From Euglena gracilis (taxonomy: Eukaryota), in the NCBI GenBank assembly GCA_039621445.1, contig CP154954.1, positions 19,702,642 to 19,766,641 on the forward strand: a DNA stretch of 64,000 nt, written 5' to 3'. This document shows positions 60,174 through 64,000 of the stretch, piece after piece (the stretch's first letter is position 1; the number at the start of each line of letters is the position of its first letter). The notes under the pieces were generated by a model. That model was not told where the DNA came from. It made no database searches and saw only the letters and a list, made by a program, of their open reading frames with translations. The position numbers and the translations under genes are program-made.

Positions 60174-60424
60174 CAGGCTTCTTTTTAAGACCCCGGGGGG
60201 GGGGGGGGAGGGGGGGTCCCCTCCCCACCCACCCAAGGTGGTGCGGGACCCCCCCCCCGGGGGGGACCCCCCCAAAATCGGGCCCGCTAAAGGCAATTTC
60301 CAAAAAATTTCGGCGCTTCACGCCGAAAAGGTATACCCCCCCGGGGGGGGTCCGGCCCGGACCCACCCACCCACCCCCCCTCCCCCGGGGGGGGGGGGGG
60401 TCTGCTGACTTAAAAAGAAGCCTG
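60174..60424. mobile_element. hAT-like MITE
   Basis: Perfect 16-bp TIR CAGGCTTCTTTTTAAG / CTTAAAAAGAAGCCTG; exact TSD gttcctgg at 60166-60173 and 60425-60432. Confidence 0.92.
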
Positions 60425-63247
60425 GTTCCTGGTTACTGGCGATCTGAGGAATGTCTGGCCCGTCCAGCATATATCACCCCAAAATTTTCGGGCAACCGTT
60501 GTTCCTTCCGACGACGTCATTGTTCTTTTCCCTCAGGCGGTAAAAGCCGGACCCATAAATGACGGGGCACCATTTATGCTCTAATGGTCTCGCCGCAACA
60601 TTTTTGGCAAAACCGATGTAAATAATTCCCTGTGTTTCTGACTGACGAGGATAAATGGCTGTTTTTTACGATTGACAAAAGTCGTCCTTTTTGACGACCG
60701 GAATGCTGATCCACGGGATAGGGAAAAAATGGTTTCCGATCTAATCTTGAGTCAAATGACATGGCATGATACAAAGCAAACAAACACAAACCAGGTGTTC
60801 ACGGCTAAAAACGGAACCTGAACACAGGGGTTTTCCACAGGGTAACCTGGAACCTGCTTCAAAAATAGACATTGGGATGCACATGATGAACATCTGTACA
60901 CCACAGGGGGAGAATGAAGAAGGTGTCCAGGTCATCTAACAACCGCGTAGACCTCATCCATGAACCACAAACCTATGAAGAGAACGAGGTGAAAAACCAC
61001 TCGCAGAATGCCACAGACCTTTGGACGGTGGTGATAGCCAGACATGTCGAAACTCTGTGTTGTAGTACATCAGTAATATCTTGAGACACTAAACATAATG
61101 AAAACCTTGAGTTTCACACAACCAACTCACTTCGAAGTTCTTGTAAGGGGGGAAATAGAACAACACACATCAATTGGTGCGTTGAGTGATGATGATGAGG
61201 TGCGTACCAGAAAGGAGGTGGCCTGCAAAGATCCCATCACAGACTCACGGCGGGTGGCACAGCTTCACCCGGACCGTGCCCTGGGCTATCGTCTCTTTTA
61301 GCACTCGCCACAAGAGGAACCCCCTTGTGAATTCCTGTGCCGCCACAGGTCGCGGGTGGATTATACTGCCGGTAGTGTACACTTTCCATAAACGCGGTGG
61401 GGGGGGGGGTGTTGGGTTTTTGCCTGGCGGGGCGTGTTTGTGTCTGGTGTGTGTATGCTGGGAATGGGCAACCCACTTCCCTGCGCCTGGAGGAAAGTCT
61501 TACCGAGTGTCGAATGTAGGACTCACGTGCTCAGGGTGTTTCCTAACTTTCATGTACGAAAAATGAAAGTTGAAAAATGAAAATGAAACGGTTTCACGGA
61601 TTTTATCTTTCATTCAGAGCATTTTTCACTAACTGCACCACACCAGTCCCAACCCCCCTCCCCCGGGTGGGTGGTCCAAGACTAAAAACCTTGCAAAAAA
61701 CCTCATGGAACAGCCGGTCCACGGCACAGAGTCACGTAAGGGGTTTTTGTGCCAGGGGGGGGGGGAGGACTTGTGGTCGACAAATAATTCTGACAAACGG
61801 AAAATATCATTGGTCGGGAAGCAATGAAACGTAGGTCCCCGAAAATCCCCCAACTCACAATAAAAAGCCGGGCCGTAGCACGTGACTCCATGGGCGAGGT
61901 TCAGCTTTGGGCGGTTGTTTGCGTGCCTCCCCACCATGGACCGGACCCTCTCCACAGACAGGGTCGTGCAAGGCAGGCAGCTCACCAGCAACGCAAGGGG
62001 TTTTTGCGGTGCCCGTTTTTTGGACACAGTTTTGAACACAAAGTTAACAAACAATTAATCCAATAAAAAAATGAAAAGAGGGGAGTGACGGATTTTGAGC
62101 ATCAAGTCAACAAATGATTAATTGAATAAAAATAAAATCATCAAAAAAACCTCTGCCCCTGGCGAACTTGGCCGAAAATGCTTAGGACCCCCCCTCCCAA
62201 CATCCAGGGGGGGGGATGTGGGGGTTGTCACCAATTTTTACCAACCCCCGGGGGAACGATAACCCGATAAAAAAAAACGGTTTGACCAAAAACATGCAAA
62301 AAGTGGGCATCCGACTAAGCACAAGCCTGATTGGCTGGACAGCAGCAAGGCCCCTGCTGCGTAGACGTCCCTGAGCTCTAGGAAGTTCACGATGTCGGGT
62401 AATGTTGGAGGCTTTGTCCCGGCCGGCATGAGCGCATTCCAGCCGTCCTCCATGCCAAAGCCGATGGTGTCCCGTTTTCGTCGACTCCGGGACCTCGGGA
62501 GACAATACAAAGCCAACTCCAGCCACAGCTGCTGTCACTTTATACCACCATGTGATCACCCATGAAGAAGTTTCGTATTTGCAGTTGTTTTCCTCGAACG
62601 GTGGCTGTTGCAAATAGGGTGCCTTTCAAAGGGGTGCCTGGGCAAGCAAGTTACGTCTGTTTTCTTTTTTTGTCCGTTCGGTCCTCAAACGTCACAAAAA
62701 ACACATCAATGAAAAGCACCCTGGGAAAGCTTCTAAATGAAGCGGCATCAAAACCAGCTCCTTGAAATAGGGCTTTTACAGAAGCCATACTTTCTGTCCC
62801 CAGAAGAAGGGCACATGCAACTTAAAATACTGGTGTTTCCCTGTGAGAGCCATTGTTAAGGTGAGGTAATTTTCCTTCCATCGAGGAACACCATCAACTC
62901 CCCGGCGTACCCAAAGTTCACCTGGTTTGGGCCAGTCAAGTTGTGTCCACCACCTTCCATAACGCTGAGTACATGTGCCAGTTTTCGCACAAGGTCCACA
63001 CTCGCTGAAGGCCACCCACCAGAATATCGGCTCAAGGGGCGTCCCACATTTGGACCTTTCAAATACTCCCACATTAGATGAACACATGTCTACAGGACAG
63101 TTCTTCCCAATGCGGCGTCACATGTTGCACGTTAGCATTGCGACGTAATTTACAATTGTAAGTTTCGCTTGTAACTTACGCGTAACTTACGGCGTAATTC
63201 ATTTTTTTAATTTCCGCCGTGTAATTTATGTTCTGCTTTTTTTCAGA

Positions 63248-63410
63248 TAACGTGACCCCCCCTATTTGTCACCCCCCCCTAATAGTCGTCCCCCCCTTGG
63301 GGGGGCGACAATTAAGGGGGGGGTTACCGATGGACCCATGGAAATGTGGGGTAATTGAGTAACCCCCCCCTAATTGTCACCCCCCCTAATAGTCGCCAGG
63401 GGGGGTCAAA
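63248..63410. mobile_element. MITE copy related to 55659-55851; right end not located
   Basis: Shares TAACGTGACCCCCCTATTTGTCACCCCCCC...ATAGTCG...GGGGGCGACAATT...TAATTGTCACCCCCCCTAATAGTCGCCA. Confidence 0.7.
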
Positions 63411-64000
63411 ACCAGGGTTCGGCGTATTTTTCCGCTTCGAATAATTCGAATTTTTCGAGGTTGAATTATTCGAATTTTTCGTGAGGAAAATTTCCAAAAA
63501 TTCCACAGGGTGAAGCACTGCAACGGGGATATGTTTTTTTCCGCCGCCGGCCAAAGTCCTTCCAAGGATAACGGCATTTTCAAGGTACTCGAAGACAGAA
63601 AACACCGGCGAGAGGTAATTCAGATGCATTTTGCCTTCCGTCCGCGGAAAATCCCGTCGGTGACAAAAAAAAAGATTTTTTGTTGCAGAAGTCCCCTTTA
63701 GTCGGCAGAAACCCTCCCGATGAAATTAACAAAAAAACCAACCCCGTCCCCAGACAATCCCACCCCGTACCGGGGGTGGGGGGACTTAAAGCCGAAAAAA
63801 TTGGTTCCAAACCTGAAAACAGCCAGAAAAAATTTGGCAGGTTTTGTTTGCAAGATGATGGAAAAAGGGTGATTTTGAAATTTTTGAGGCAGGATTTTCA
63901 AAAAAGGGCCGGGAAAATTTGGCCCGTACGCCAACATTCTCTATATCTGGCCCAAAACTGGCCAGCATGTGGCCCAAAACTGGCCAGCCTGCCCAAAGGT

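Larger units (their letters stand above)
54568..61540 (-). mobile_element. Degenerate non-LTR retrotransposon, CRE clade (RT + CCHC finger + restriction-like endonuclease)
   Basis: RT motifs SAPGPCGLRPDHL, RPIAAGETLRRLVGK, QCGVG, VDFRNAFNSLSR, GAQQGDPFGP, WYLDD and GLKVLGVP at ~57225-59000. CPKC...DFLGHHLVC and RH...RPGDIFIP...VAVDVT...EAEK...Y at 54828-55461. Frameshifts lie near 58400 and 58060, with nested TIR insertions. The 5' boundary is inferred from similarity to the deleted copy. Confidence 0.88.

Noticed and set aside
53700-61600. Spliced-leader RNA gene as the CRE target
   Set aside because: No match to the Euglena-type SL exon was seen at either end of the element.

Overview
Eukaryotic nuclear DNA, very probably euglenid (Euglena-like); this is inferred from intron type, not from a database hit. 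The left half (1-32.4 kb) carries three co-directional, intron-rich minus-strand genes: an NSUN2/Trm4-type RNA m5C methyltransferase (32382 to ~12.2 kb, >=14 exons), a ~133-aa ER-lumenal protein with a signal peptide, a SAP/ARMET-C-like helix pair and C-terminal KEEL (10719-5120), and a type II membrane GT92/GT2-like glycosyltransferase that runs off the left edge. Ordinary GT-AG introns are mixed with at least 8 non-GT-AG introns whose ends base-pair (CAG/CAT/CAC/CGG at +4..+6 with CTG/ATG/CCG at -8..-6). Introns and the gene-free right half are packed with TIR elements, ten of which show CA...TG ends and 8-bp target-site duplications (hAT-like), plus a degenerate CRE-clade non-LTR retrotransposon and several satellites. 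Main observation: the non-conventional introns have the same terminal trinucleotides as the hAT elements and remove 3+5 = 8 nt outside the paired stem, exactly one TSD, so a fresh hAT/MITE insertion would be a perfectly excisable intron. All coordinates were read by eye; those marked ~ are approximate.
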